Positions 8,877-19,723 are shown, counted from the first letter of the stretch. The stretch is DNA of 64,000 bases from an uncultured delta proteobacterium (GCA_963769935.1 CAVYNY010000010.1:160001-224000), one strand, 5' to 3'. Translations and numbers: made by a program. The notes: generated by a model from the letters alone, not told the origin.

Positions 8877-9605
8877 AGCCCCGGCTAGGATTTGTGCAAT
8901 ATGCAGGGTCTTGATATCCGATCCCTTGCGGCTGAGCATCCCCTGAATGTTCATCAGGCAGCCCATATCGCAGCCGACCACGGTATCGGCACCGGAGGCA
9001 ATTATCTTGTTGACCTTATCTTCAGCCATGGCCGCCGATATATCCGCATATTTCACCGAAAACGATCCGCCGAATCCGCAGCATCTATCCGAATCGTAAA
9101 GTTCGACAAATTCAGCGCCGGAAACCTTGCGCAGGAGTCTGCGGGGTTGCTCCCGGATACGCAGGCTGCGCAACAGATGACAGGAATCATGATAGGTAAT
9201 TTTTCCGCCATATTGGGCGCCAAGGTCATCCACCCCCAGGATATCCACCAGATACTCCGTAAGTTCATAGGTCTTGTCAGCCACGTGTCGGGCACGCTGT
9301 TGCCAGGGGGCATCGTCCTCGAACAATTCCGCATAGTGGTGCCTTACCATCGTCACGCATGACCCGGAAGGGCAAACGATCGTGTCCGCAGTCTCAAAAA
9401 TTTCAATGAATCGCTTTGCGGCAATCCTTGCCTCCCGGCGATAGCCGGAATTAAAAGCCGGCTGTCCGCAACAGGTCTGCTGGGTCGGGCACGTCACGCT
9501 TATCCCCAGTTTGCGAAAAATATGTACCATGGCTTCACCGACTTCCGGGTAAATTCCATCCACCAGGCATTGAATGAAAAGCGTCACGGTTTTGTTTTCG
9601 TCCAT
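8862..9605 (-). CDS. lutA: Lactate utilization protein A (CCG domains)
   Basis: QTCCGQPAFNSG, PSGSC, YHDSCH and CCGFGGSFS motifs. Confidence 0.93.
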   Translation of the reverse strand: MDENKTVTLFIQCLVDGIYPEVGEAMVHIFRKLGISVTCPTQQTCCGQPAFNSGYRREARIAAKRFIEIFETADTIVCPSGSCVTMVRHHYAELFEDDAPWQQRARHVADKTYELTEYLVDILGVDDLGAQYGGKITYHDSCHLLRSLRIREQPRRLLRKVSGAEFVELYDSDRCCGFGGSFSVKYADISAAMAEDKVNKIIASGADTVVGCDMGCLMNIQGMLSRKGSDIKTLHIAQILAGATIEN

Positions 9606-9817
9606 AAATGAGTTTCCCCTTAAAACAAGATGTTGGTATGGAATTGAGTATTTACATTGAACTGATTAAAAAATCCAGTGCAAAAAGGTTTGATTGTACG
9701 CCAGACTTTCGATAAGTATCCGAATGTGCTAAACTATGGGCAATTTCTTAAGGTTTGCGAAAGGATCCGTATTCTGGCATTAAATTAAGTATCTCGCCTT
9801 AGATTTAAGGCGATTTT

Positions 9818-9889
9818 AACGATCGGAACCATCAAGACGATCATAACGATCACAACGATTCAAACCATCTAATCGATCTAAACGATCTA
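9818..9889. repeat. Tandem 9-bp repeat, 8 units, consensus AACGATCWA
   Basis: aacgatcgg aaccatcaa gacgatcat aacgatcac aacgattca aaccatcta atcgatcta aacgatcta. Preceded by inverted repeat TCGCCTTA-N4-TAAGGCGA (9794-9813). Confidence 0.8.
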
Positions 9890-9900
9890 AGCCAATCGCT

Positions 9901-10974
9901 ATGAGTGAAACACGGGTCGCTCTTTTAGAGCTGATTGAAAAAATTGAAAGGCTGGGGCAGTTCCAGGACCGCATCGATTTTCCCTCAACCGTCCGGGAGA
10001 TATGGACTGCTTTTCTGGCAGATGTGCGGAATTTAATTGATATTGAAGTTTGTGCCTTGTTTCTGGTTGAGGAAACGACCAATGAATTCATTCTGAAATA
10101 CAGCGACCCGGCCAGCGAGGCCAAACTTTGTCAACGGGAAATTGATCTTCAAATCGAGTGCGGCATTTTTTCATGGATCATAAACAGAAGGCAGCCGGCG
10201 CTGATTCCGGGCCTGGCATTTGACAAAGAAAAATCGATCGTCATGCTGCCGTTATCTACAGTGAAAAGATCCCTGGGGATTGTACTGATCCTCACCCCGA
10301 TCCAGGAAAGCTCCATTACCCATGAGAACATGAAACTGTTGACGATTCTTACCAAAGAATGTTCCCTGGTAATGGAAAATACCCTGTTGTATGAGCGGTT
10401 GCGAAAAAAACATTTGTCGCTGGAAAAGGCCAATAAGGAAATTAAACTTCTATCCCGGACGGATTCTTTGACCGGATGCTACAACCGTGGATACCTCACT
10501 GAAGTACTACCCCGCGAAATAACAAGAGCGCTGAGATATAAGCGACCACTGGCACTGGCCATGTGCGATATTGACCACTTTAAAAAAGTAAATGACACCT
10601 ACGGCCATCAGTGTGGGGATGAAGTTCTTAAGGGATTTGTCCAGAGCATTTTAGAATTGATTCGCGCTGATACCGACTGGCTGGCAAGATACGGCGGGGA
10701 AGAATTTCTGCTGGTACTGCCTGAAACAAGCCTTGACAACGCCTTTGGCATGGCTGAAAGACTGCGTAAGCATCTTGCGCAGAAGGTTATTAAAACAGAA
10801 GAAGACAATATATCGATTACAGCCAGCTTCGGTGTGACCGGCTTTAATGCTTCACCTGCGCCCGGTGCAATTACCAGTGAAGCCCTGATCGGGACGGTTG
10901 ACAAATACCTTTATGAGGCCAAGACCCGGGGCCGCAACAGAGTCATCAGCGGTCCTTTTTCAGAACCGGTTTAA
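9901..10974 (+). CDS. GAF-like sensor diguanylate cyclase
   Basis: TDSLTGCYNR, DIDHFKKVNDTYGH and ARYGGEEF motifs. Confidence 0.92.
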   Translation: MSETRVALLELIEKIERLGQFQDRIDFPSTVREIWTAFLADVRNLIDIEVCALFLVEETTNEFILKYSDPASEAKLCQREIDLQIECGIFSWIINRRQPALIPGLAFDKEKSIVMLPLSTVKRSLGIVLILTPIQESSITHENMKLLTILTKECSLVMENTLLYERLRKKHLSLEKANKEIKLLSRTDSLTGCYNRGYLTEVLPREITRALRYKRPLALAMCDIDHFKKVNDTYGHQCGDEVLKGFVQSILELIRADTDWLARYGGEEFLLVLPETSLDNAFGMAERLRKHLAQKVIKTEEDNISITASFGVTGFNASPAPGAITSEALIGTVDKYLYEAKTRGRNRVISGPFSEPV

Positions 10975-11097
10975 CGTGTGAAGCCAGGGTTTATTGACTC
11001 CCGGCAGACGGGGGTTCGGAAAGCAGGTTTGCCGTTCGCTGCAGCCAAAGGTTAATGAGTTCAGCCGGATTAAATTTCGCCGTCTTGGTTATACGGC

Positions 11098-11496
11098 TTA
11101 GTGGGTTTGGTGCTGGATTTCCGTTCTCCGCACGAACTCATCAAATCCCTCCTGAATGGCCTGCATGATAACCTCAATTTTGAAGGGTTTTGTGAGATGG
11201 TTGTCAAAACCGGCTTCTTTTAGCTTGTCGATGTCGTACAATTCAGTGTGCCCGGTTAAGGCAATCACAAACGTTTTGTCATCGGTTTCTCGAATCCTCC
11301 GGCAGAATTCGACCCCGTCCATTTCAAGCATGATCAGATCGGTGATGATAACCGGAAACTTATTGCGCTCCAATAAGGAAAAGGCATCTTCGGCGGATTC
11401 AACGGCATCCACTTCGTAGCCCAGTTTGGAGAGAAGTTTCTGCATGAGTTCCCGGTGATAATCTTCATCATCCACCACGAGTATTTTCTTTTCCAT
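11098..11496 (-). CDS. Single-domain response regulator
   Basis: ILVVDDE, ITDLIM, ALTG and LTKPF receiver motifs. Confidence 0.92.
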   Translation of the reverse strand: MEKKILVVDDEDYHRELMQKLLSKLGYEVDAVESAEDAFSLLERNKFPVIITDLIMLEMDGVEFCRRIRETDDKTFVIALTGHTELYDIDKLKEAGFDNHLTKPFKIEVIMQAIQEGFDEFVRRTEIQHQTH

Positions 11497-11725
11497 GGTA
11501 TGCTCTTCATCTAGATAGGTTTAATACCAGCCATCAGAAGTGTTTCTAAACCCCTAACCTTTCGTTTGAAGTTATAGCAACAACTTCCGACCAGATAATT
11601 TGAACCGCCATCAAAAAAGCAAGGTTACAGGCAGGAAAAGTTATAGGACCGGACCATCATTTGTCTCACAACCATCCGTGGGGTACTATAAGACGACACA
11701 ACTTTAATGTCAATTCAATAAATAC

Positions 11726-12748
11726 CTATTCCAGCAGGTCCTGTTTCAACTTATCTAGGATCTTTTCATCAACGCCGGCCTTATTTACCAAATATTGGGC
11801 GGCGGAGCCGTAGGTTTGCCGGATATGACGGATCCCCGCTAAAATGGCTTTTTGGGGGGCGGTGAAATAAGGAGCCACCTGCTTCGGGTCGACGCCATAG
11901 GATCGGATTTGATCATAAATTTTTTCCAGTACAGGGGCAATATAAAGGTTGGAAAGACCGTGATCCTCGATCACAGTTTTTTCAGGCACACCTAATGCCA
12001 GCAAAATAAGCGCCGCACCTATCCCGGCCCTGTCTTTGCCGCCGGTGCAATGAAACACCATCGGCCGTTTCGAACTATCGGCCAGGTTATTGAATAATGT
12101 CGACCAAACGGGCCCAAAATTATCGATATTCTTAATATAGCCTTTGATCATAAATTCTTCGGTCATCCACTCGATATCACCTTTTCTGATTCGCTCAAAG
12201 CTGTCGGCCGGATCAAATTCGCCATGCTTGATTGGTAAATGCAGGTAGCAGCCGGGAGCGGATTGCGGCAAACGATCAGGCGACTTTTGGACCTCCGCCG
12301 AAGTGCGAAAATCACAGATCAGCTGAATTCCCATGCGTCGCACATATTCGACGTCACGATCCGTGAGCCGGCCCAGGTTGTCCGAACGAAACACCTGACC
12401 CCACTTCACCCGGTGCCGGTCGACCGTCTCATAGCCGCCCAGATCTCTGAAATTAACCGAACCTTGCAGGGGTACCCGGCGTTCACTGATGATTATTTTC
12501 GAACCGCGATCCGGTGCAACCTCGAAATAATACCGCGTATCCGGGTCAAGCCCGCAAATTTGGACGGACGATTTGCCCTGCAAGATTGCTGCAGGATGTT
12601 GACGGTCGATATGATCCGGAGAATCACCCGCAAAAACGGCGACCTCCCGGGGTTTTTCACTGAAGGTCCATGATATTTCAACCGCATCGTCACCGGTTCG
12701 TATAAGTGCAACGTTTTTCAGCCGGGTTTCATTTACTTTGATGGTCAT
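11726..12748 (-). CDS. Protein-tyrosine phosphatase (Y_phosphatase3-like) with N-terminal FN3-like domain
   Basis: NFRDLGGY and the P-loop HCTGGKDRAG. Confidence 0.9.
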   Translation of the reverse strand: MTIKVNETRLKNVALIRTGDDAVEISWTFSEKPREVAVFAGDSPDHIDRQHPAAILQGKSSVQICGLDPDTRYYFEVAPDRGSKIIISERRVPLQGSVNFRDLGGYETVDRHRVKWGQVFRSDNLGRLTDRDVEYVRRMGIQLICDFRTSAEVQKSPDRLPQSAPGCYLHLPIKHGEFDPADSFERIRKGDIEWMTEEFMIKGYIKNIDNFGPVWSTLFNNLADSSKRPMVFHCTGGKDRAGIGAALILLALGVPEKTVIEDHGLSNLYIAPVLEKIYDQIRSYGVDPKQVAPYFTAPQKAILAGIRHIRQTYGSAAQYLVNKAGVDEKILDKLKQDLLE

Positions 12749-13155
12749 TTTTTTTCAAGCTTGACAGCGATGGCATACCGCCCGGGGCCCACAAAAACCA
12801 GACCCAAAAACACGGCCGCCAGGCCGGCCGACCACAACATCAGGGTCTTATAGCCGATGCTGAAATAATTAAAAAAATACAGACCGAACAGCACGAACAA
12901 GACAAGGCAGGCGATTCGAAAAAAATAACCGAATAGCAAACTGACCCCGCCCAACGCTGCCAAAAGCAAAAAGACAAGGCCTAATAATGTCTGGGGCACG
13001 CCAATGTTGATAAAATTTAAAGTCCTCCCGACGCTTTGCCAGGCTGCGTCACCTGCAATCAGCGTCGGCAGCGAATGAACCAGAAGGGCCGCCGCCAGGC
13101 CCAGGCGCATGATTAACAGACCGGAATTATTTTTTTGCTCCTGCGAACCGAACAT
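12745..13155 (-). CDS. DoxX family membrane protein
   Basis: GLLIMRLGL...H, four hydrophobic segments, GPGRYAI. ATG at 13155 has a GGGAGA RBS. Confidence 0.75.
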   Translation of the reverse strand: MFGSQEQKNNSGLLIMRLGLAAALLVHSLPTLIAGDAAWQSVGRTLNFINIGVPQTLLGLVFLLLAALGGVSLLFGYFFRIACLVLFVLFGLYFFNYFSIGYKTLMLWSAGLAAVFLGLVFVGPGRYAIAVKLEKK

Positions 13156-13669
13156 ACATTTTATCTCCCGTACAAATGGTGAACCCAATATTGCAAGGAT
13201 GAAATTTCTAATTACCCCAATACTGATGGAAAAGCGAGCGTCCGTCTAGAACTATTCAACTTTTTCTACTAATTTAAATCCCACTTTTCAATAAGAATTC
13301 TGGCAGAAAAAAGTAGAAAATAGAAAGTTAGTGTATAAAGAATTGTCCGCAAGCTGATAAGGGTAATATCCCCTCTCGATGCGGTGCCAGGCGCAAGGAT
13401 AGGGGTGCAAGGAAAAGATCCATTAACGAACGTAATTGGACTCTGGGAACTTCGAAAACGTCCATTTCGAAAATCGCAGCTGTTGACGGATCGGAATTAT
13501 CGGACTATGCTCGTTCTGAAATTTAAACCCTTGAACGAAAGAAGGATTGTATATTCAGACACAGAGTTATGCCAATGTAATTATTACGGTAAATGATGAA
13601 ATGTCTGCTTCAGGGGATAACGGCGCAATTTAACATTATGCTGTGACGGGATAGGGGTAAAGGCAAATT

Positions 13670-14512
13670 ATGGAAGAATTTTGGCACTGGTGGCAGCATT
13701 TACCGCAACATATTAGCCCCGTCATTTTTCAAATCGGATCCTTTAAGCTCCAGTATTACGGTCTGATGTATATTGTGGCCTTTGCCATCACATATTTTCT
13801 GGTGTTCTATCGGATCAAGCACGAAGACCGGTTTGAAATGACCACCGATCAGGTAAAGGACGCGATCACCTACCTGATTATCGGCCTGATCATCGGTGCT
13901 CGCCTGGGTTACGTGCTTTTTTACAATCTATCCTATTACCTCAGACATCCGCTTGAAATCATCTTGCCCTTTTCGTTTTCAAACGGATTCACCTTTACCG
14001 GCATTTCCGGTATGTCATATCACGGCGGGCTGATCGGCGCGACCCTGGCCGGCTGGCTCTATGTTCGCAAAGCAAAATTGAACTGGTGGAACGCTGTGGA
14101 TTTATTTGTGCCCGCGATTCCTCTGGGATACACCTTTGGACGGTTGGGAAATTTTATCAACGGCGAGTTGTACGGCCGGGTCACGACATCCCCCATCGGC
14201 ATGTACTTTCCCCTGGCTCCCACCAAAGAATTGAGACATCCTTCCCAACTGTACGAATCTTTTTTTGAGGGCATTTTCTTATTTGCAGTATTGTGGAGCA
14301 TCCGCAAGCTAAAAACACCCCAAGGCGCTATGTTAGCGTTTTATCTCATCGGCTACGGCATTATCCGGTTCTGCATCGAATTCTTCCGCCAACCCGACGC
14401 TCAGCTCGGGTTCGTTTTTCTCTCCTTTTCCATGGGTCAAATCCTGTGTGCGCTGATGGTTGCCGCCGGGGTTGGTTTGTATTTCTATTTAAAGAGCCGA
14501 GATAAAGCTTAA
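13670..14512 (+). CDS. lgt: Prolipoprotein diacylglyceryl transferase
   Basis: GARLGYVLFY, GMSYHGG, GRLGNFINGELYGR and HPSQLYE motifs. Confidence 0.97.
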   Translation: MEEFWHWWQHLPQHISPVIFQIGSFKLQYYGLMYIVAFAITYFLVFYRIKHEDRFEMTTDQVKDAITYLIIGLIIGARLGYVLFYNLSYYLRHPLEIILPFSFSNGFTFTGISGMSYHGGLIGATLAGWLYVRKAKLNWWNAVDLFVPAIPLGYTFGRLGNFINGELYGRVTTSPIGMYFPLAPTKELRHPSQLYESFFEGIFLFAVLWSIRKLKTPQGAMLAFYLIGYGIIRFCIEFFRQPDAQLGFVFLSFSMGQILCALMVAAGVGLYFYLKSRDKA

Positions 14513-14514
14513 AT

Positions 14515-14635
14515 GAACCATAAAATGCGCAGCATAAAATAATTAATCCGCTACACCTTCGCTCAACCAACTGCCCTCATTATTCAAAGAGAAATATGCA
14601 ACCCTGAAAGTCCTATTTTTGAGGGCGGATTAATT
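14515..14635. repeat. MITE/REP-like element, copy A
   Basis: AATTAATCCGC...GCGGATTAATT inverted ends (14541-14635), colinear with the copy at 20457-20579. Confidence 0.7.
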
Positions 14636-14643
14636 CGGATTAA

Positions 14644-15195
14644 TTATGCGAACAACAACTTAAACGCGATGGCAACCAGTATGAAACCCCCGATGGTTTC
14701 CATCCGCTTGGCGAATCGTTGCGACAAACGGTTGCCGATTTTCATGGCCAGCCAGGTCATGGCGGCGGCCGTAATGCCGATGCATACGGCTACCATAAAT
14801 AAGTTCTGATTTAAAACGCCCAGGCTGAAGCCGACTCCCAGGGCATCGATGCTGGTGGCCACGGACAGCATCACCAGGCTGAATCCCTTGGTCGGATCGG
14901 CACACTCGGTCTCTTCTTCAGGGGCCAAAAAACCTTCACGCACCATCCGGCCGCCGATAAACATCAGCAGGCCGAAGGCGATCCAGGGACCCAGGGTTTT
15001 CGTCCAGACCAGGATATGGTGGCCCGCCAGCCAGCCGATCAGCGGCATCATGAACTGAAATAAACCGAAGTGAAACGACAACCGAAAGATTTGTCTTGGC
15101 GCACAGAACCGGCATCCAACCCCCAAACCCACTGCAAACGCATCACAGCCGAGGGCCACGGCAATTAGACCTATTTCAACAATATTAAAACTCAA
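14644..15195 (-). CDS. mntP: Manganese efflux pump MntP family
   Basis: ALGCDAFAVGL, FGLFQFMMPLIGW and ATSIDALGVG motifs. A TTG start at ~15195 gives 183 aa. Confidence 0.88.
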   Translation of the reverse strand: MSFNIVEIGLIAVALGCDAFAVGLGVGCRFCAPRQIFRLSFHFGLFQFMMPLIGWLAGHHILVWTKTLGPWIAFGLLMFIGGRMVREGFLAPEEETECADPTKGFSLVMLSVATSIDALGVGFSLGVLNQNLFMVAVCIGITAAAMTWLAMKIGNRLSQRFAKRMETIGGFILVAIAFKLLFA

Positions 15196-15424
15196 CTGGC
15201 ATTTTCCGGTAATGGGGTTTATTTGGTTCCCGGGAACAGTGCTCCGCCGTCCGTTTGCGGGGTTTTTGGGCCTGAAAATGATTGATAAATTAAACACTCA
15301 AATGCGAATTATCAAGTAATTCATGTTGCCAATAGATCGGGCCTGCGGGACAGTACCCGTTTGCGGAAAGAAGCGGAAAGTAATTTGAGAGTGATGGCGG
15401 AAAATTTAATCTAACCGGTATCCA

Positions 15425-16333
15425 TTATTCATTCTGATCGATTTCACAGGCCGTGCCGCATTGACTTGCTTCATCGCACCGTTCCCACTGGAGGGTGGTG
15501 TGCTCGATACCGAACCGTTCATGCAGTTCGTTGCCGGCTTTTTCGAGCAGCACATCGTCGTCGGCAGGATTCGGTTTCACCAGGTGGGCGGTCAGTGCCG
15601 TTTCGGTGGTACTCATCGCCCAGACGTGCAGGTCATGAACGCCCATGACGCCGGGCAGACCGGCCAGGTAAGCTTTGACAGCTTCCGGATCAATGCCTTC
15701 CGGCACAGCGTCCAACACCAGGTTAAACGAGTCGCGCAGGAGTCCCCAGGTTCCGATCACGATAATTACGGTGATCAGCAGGCTGACCGCCGGATCAATC
15801 CAAAACCAACCGGTGGCAACAATGACGGCGCCGGCCGCAACAACACCCGCCGAGATGCCTGCATCGGCTGCCATGTGCAGAAAAGCGGCCCGAATATTCA
15901 AATCGCTTTTGCGGCCGGATAAAAATAAAAGCGCAGTCACCGTATTTATCACCACTCCGACCGCAGCCACAATAATGATCGTTTTCCCCGCCCTCGGAGA
16001 GGGATCGTTAAAGCTCAGAATCGCTTCCCAGGCGATACCACCCATTACCATCAGCAGGATAAGGGCATTCATAAGCGCCGTCAGAATCGAAGACTTACGC
16101 CAGCCATAGGTGAAACGCTTGGTCGGTTTACGCTGTGCGAGATAATTGCCGCCCCATGCCAGTGCCAATCCGAGGACATCGCTTAGATTATGGCCGGCAT
16201 CGGCCAGCAATGCCAGGGAACCGACCAGAAAACCAAAGGTCGCTTCGACCGCGATATAGCCTAAATTAAGGGCTACTCCAAATGCAAAAGCGCGGTTATA
16301 GTCAGCCGGGCCGTGGTGATGATGGTATGCCAT
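15425..16333 (-). CDS. Cation diffusion facilitator (CzcD/ZitB-like)
   Basis: His-rich N-terminus, SLALLADAGHNLSD, AFLHMAAD and VHDLHVW. Confidence 0.93.
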   Translation of the reverse strand: MAYHHHHGPADYNRAFAFGVALNLGYIAVEATFGFLVGSLALLADAGHNLSDVLGLALAWGGNYLAQRKPTKRFTYGWRKSSILTALMNALILLMVMGGIAWEAILSFNDPSPRAGKTIIIVAAVGVVINTVTALLFLSGRKSDLNIRAAFLHMAADAGISAGVVAAGAVIVATGWFWIDPAVSLLITVIIVIGTWGLLRDSFNLVLDAVPEGIDPEAVKAYLAGLPGVMGVHDLHVWAMSTTETALTAHLVKPNPADDDVLLEKAGNELHERFGIEHTTLQWERCDEASQCGTACEIDQNE

Positions 16334-16380
16334 AACACTTATCTTCCCGGCTCCGTAACTACCGTTATATTACGAAAATA

Positions 16381-17958
16381 TCAAGCGCCTTTGCTCAACG
16401 AAGCCACGGAATTTTCTACTAAATAATTTCGCATCATTCCCATATCTCCATGCTCCAGATTGTGGCAGTGATAGAGGAATAAACCCGGATAATCGCCAAA
16501 CCTCACCAGCAAGCGGATGCTCTCACCGGGCATGAGCAGCACGGTATCTTTCCAGCCTTCATCGACATAGCCTTCATGCATGACACCCCGGCGTTCCAGA
16601 ACCTGAAACTGCCTACCGTGCAGATGGATCGGATGGGGCATATTCATCATACCCATCATGCCCATGCCCCCGCCTTCATTGATGAAATCCCAGACCTCCA
16701 GGCTGTTCATTCGGACCCTTTCATCTTCGGCCACCGCTTCCATTTGAAACGTTCTGCCGTTGATGGTCCAAACCATGCGGCGCGGGACAAGATAAAATTT
16801 TTTGGGATTGGTCGGATTGAGGGCATCTGCGATCCTGTAACGGTTGATGACGGTAAGTCGTTGCGGCAGACCGAGATTCTCTTTTTCAGAACGGTTCACT
16901 CTCACCGTGAAAACCGGAAACCCGGCGCCGTTCGGCAGAGTTGCAGCAGAGCCCATCATGCCGCCGCCCATTCTGCCCCCGGCCATCGGGCCGGCATCAA
17001 AAGGCAGGCTCAAAAGGGCCGTTTCAGAACCCACCGGGTATTTGCTGAAATCGGCCCACAGCTCCAGCCTTTCTCCCGGCGCCAGCATCACATAGCGCCG
17101 GTAAACCGGTTTTTCCAGCAATCCGCCGTCCGTGCCAATCACCGTCAGAGGGCTGCCGTTCTGCCAGGCCAGCCTGTAAATTCTGGAGTTGGAACCGTTT
17201 AAAAGGCGCAATCGGTATACACGCGTAGCCACCGGCAGGCTAAAGTCCGGCTGCCCGTTGACCATAATCCAGTCTCCCAGAAATCCGGTCATCCGTTCCA
17301 TGGGCTGCCCGGAAAGGTATATCAACTGGTTGTCGTTGCCAAAGGCCCGATCCTGCAAGATCAGAGGGATGTCGTATTCTCCGGTCGGCAAACCGGCCGC
17401 TTTTTCTTCGTCGTCTGAGACCAGAAAAAGACCGGCCAGCCCGCCGTATACCTGGGGGCCGGTGCGACCGTGGGGATGAGGATGATACCAGTATGTGCCG
17501 GCACGATTGCGAACCTCGAATTCATAAATATAGGTTTCACCTCGAGGGATAACAAAACGCGGATGGCCGTCCATTACAGCCGGCACATGCAATCCATGCC
17601 AGTGGATAATGGATTCATCGGGGATGTCGTTGGTAAAACGGATACGAACTTTCTGCCCGGTGTGCGTCCGAATGATGGGCCCCAGATAACTTCTTGCAAG
17701 ATGGGTCAACCCTGCCGAGTCTCCCTTTAAAAGTTGCGCCTCGTAACGCCATACACCGGTAGGGTTGCCCGGAAGGATGGGAATATCAGCCGGAGTTGCT
17801 TTTAGAACAATATCCAGATCAGGGACAAAATTTGCCCCCGGCTTTGATGCGGCATCAACCCTTGAATCGGTAAAGAGCGAAGTTATGCCCCCCGTTAAAA
17901 GGCCTGCCGCGCCGGCGCCGGTGAACTTTAAAAATTGCCGTCGACTAATCATGTTCAT
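16381..17958 (-). CDS. Tat-exported multicopper oxidase (CueO-like)
   Basis: SRRQFLK Tat motif; HWHG, WYHPH, HPIHLHG and HCHNLEHGDMGMM copper motifs; Met-rich inserts. Confidence 0.93.
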   Translation of the reverse strand: MNMISRRQFLKFTGAGAAGLLTGGITSLFTDSRVDAASKPGANFVPDLDIVLKATPADIPILPGNPTGVWRYEAQLLKGDSAGLTHLARSYLGPIIRTHTGQKVRIRFTNDIPDESIIHWHGLHVPAVMDGHPRFVIPRGETYIYEFEVRNRAGTYWYHPHPHGRTGPQVYGGLAGLFLVSDDEEKAAGLPTGEYDIPLILQDRAFGNDNQLIYLSGQPMERMTGFLGDWIMVNGQPDFSLPVATRVYRLRLLNGSNSRIYRLAWQNGSPLTVIGTDGGLLEKPVYRRYVMLAPGERLELWADFSKYPVGSETALLSLPFDAGPMAGGRMGGGMMGSAATLPNGAGFPVFTVRVNRSEKENLGLPQRLTVINRYRIADALNPTNPKKFYLVPRRMVWTINGRTFQMEAVAEDERVRMNSLEVWDFINEGGGMGMMGMMNMPHPIHLHGRQFQVLERRGVMHEGYVDEGWKDTVLLMPGESIRLLVRFGDYPGLFLYHCHNLEHGDMGMMRNYLVENSVASLSKGA

Positions 17959-18090
17959 CCCTTCTATTGTCAATTCTCTCTTCAAATGCGGAACACGGAT
18001 TTAGACGGATCCGGGCAGATTTAATAGTACTGGAGATTCATTTTTGTGAAAGCAAGAAAAATATTTGCTTTTTCTGCGATCACCCGTCTT

Positions 18091-18450
18091 CTATTTCATC
18101 AAATCCGATTTCATTGTTTCGAATTCAGTTTTATTGATCTCGCCGCGGGCATAGCGCTCCTTGAGAATTTCAAGAGCGCGGTTGCCGCCGGTGCTGCCGG
18201 TTTGACCGCGGTTGGTGGACTGAATCAGCCATTTGATGACAAACACCAGTCCCACCAGAATAAAAATCCAAAATATGATCATAAAAATACCTCCAAACCA
18301 TCCGACACCCCATCCACCCATCATTCCCGGGCCCATTTGCCAGCCCTGATTATTACCCCATTGGGCCAGGGCCGGGTCGGAAGAAAAAAAGGCTATAAAC
18401 GCAAGCGCAGCCATCAGAATTTTTACCTGCACTATTTTACCGGGATTCAT
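18091..18450 (-). CDS. SHOCT-domain membrane protein
   Basis: Signal peptide, [10 protein letters not shown], a TM helix and [19 protein letters not shown]. Confidence 0.88.
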   Translation of the reverse strand: MNPGKIVQVKILMAALAFIAFFSSDPALAQWGNNQGWQMGPGMMGGWGVGWFGGIFMIIFWIFILVGLVFVIKWLIQSTNRGQTGSTGGNRALEILKERYARGEINKTEFETMKSDLMK

Positions 18451-18451
18451 G

Positions 18452-19300
18452 TTAATTCTCCTTATTCACCGTGGGATTTTTTTCTGCCGGCGCATTCCGG
18501 GTGTCATGGTATTGCTGGTAGTCATTGCGGTTCATCATACCAGGTCCACTGCCCCGGCCGCCACCAGGACCCATCGGGCCGGGTCCCCAACCGTAGCCGC
18601 CCCAGGGCCGATTCCAGGCCCCATATCCACCAGGGCCCATCATATTGGGGGACATCATGCCCGGACCCATGCCGTAGCCGCCCCAGGAGCGATTCCTGGC
18701 CCCATATCCACCGGGGCCCATCATATTGGGGGACATCATGCCCGGACCCATGCCGTAACCCCCGCCGGGTCCGCTGAGCGGACAGTCGGGTCGGTCCCAG
18801 CCGCCATAGCCCCCCGACCCCATCATGTCATGGTGCATCATGCCGTAACCCATCATCCCGAAACCCATCGGACCGCCCCGGCCGGCATCAGGGTCGATCT
18901 TTTGGACCCGCAGAAAATGTTCCAGGCGCTTTTGCGCCAGCTGGGCCATAAGATCGGATATTTGCTGCTGCACGGCCGCCGCTGCCGCCGCGTCCGGGTT
19001 TTGCTTGGCCAATTCACTGGCCAGCTCGAGCTGTTTCTGGTAAATTTGCTGCCGCAGATCTTTGGTCGCTTCCCAGAATGCATTGCGCTCTTCGTCCAGA
19101 TTCCGGATCTGATCTTCACTTAAATCACCGAACATGCCATAGCCGGCCCCGCCATAGCTCCGCAGATGACGCCCTTGACCGTAATGCATCCTTGCCGGAT
19201 AATCATATCCTTTACCCATCTGGGCAAAGGCGAGGGGTCCCGAACCCAGGAAAAAAATTGCAGCCAGCAAAATAAATGTGTTTTTTGAGCTAATATTCAT
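18452..19300 (-). CDS. ZraP/Spy/CpxP-like periplasmic protein with long Gly/Met-rich tail
   Basis: Signal peptide, LSEDQ...[16 protein letters not shown]...PD helical core, and GMGPGMM repeats. Confidence 0.8.
   Translation of the reverse strand: MNISSKNTFILLAAIFFLGSGPLAFAQMGKGYDYPARMHYGQGRHLRSYGGAGYGMFGDLSEDQIRNLDEERNAFWEATKDLRQQIYQKQLELASELAKQNPDAAAAAAVQQQISDLMAQLAQKRLEHFLRVQKIDPDAGRGGPMGFGMMGYGMMHHDMMGSGGYGGWDRPDCPLSGPGGGYGMGPGMMSPNMMGPGGYGARNRSWGGYGMGPGMMSPNMMGPGGYGAWNRPWGGYGWGPGPMGPGGGRGSGPGMMNRNDYQQYHDTRNAPAEKNPTVNKEN
18591..18752. repeat. Tandem 81-bp (27-codon) duplication inside the ZraP-like gene
   Basis: Units start at 18591 and 18672 and encode [22 protein letters not shown](R/W)NR(S/P)W. 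Confidence 0.9.
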
Positions 19301-19377
19301 TGAATCTCTCCTTGGTTGAAGATGAAGTTATGACATGCAAATGGTAATCATCGTTCGATACTTTGTAACTTTTGTAT

Positions 19378-19393
19378 TTCAAATCTCATGCCA
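19378..19393 (-). promoter_or_regulatory. Putative sigma54 (-24/-12) promoter
   Basis: Minus strand TGGCATG-AGAT-TTGAA, versus consensus TGGCACG-N4-TTGCW, ~80 bp upstream of the ZraP-like gene. Confidence 0.55.
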
Positions 19394-19723
19394 GAAGCAG
19401 ATCGAAAATCCGGTGGCCAACTTAATGAGCTGAAAACAAAGGGGAATAATTTAAAAATACATGAAAGATTTTTGATGGCGGGCGTTTTGCTTTCTGCCTG
19501 CAATCAAAAGTGTGTAAAAAATATGCAGCCTGTTGCCTTCCATTTGCCATTACCCGGGTAAAAAGTAACCAGTTGCGAAGAGTTGCCTCCTTGACTTCTC
19601 CCATATCCGAGCTATTGTTTTTTTAAAGCGGTACCAACTAACATTGCCGCTAAAACTTCAAATCGCCGGCGCCGGTCAGTCCGCCTGCTTAACCGGAAAA
19701 ATTGTTGCAACGGAGGCACTGCA

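Noticed and set aside
9818..9889. CRISPR array
   Set aside because: 9-bp units with no spacers, and no cas genes in the window.
15196..15420. yybP-ykoY manganese riboswitch upstream of mntP
   Set aside because: No recognisable conserved core by eye; an Rfam scan would be needed.
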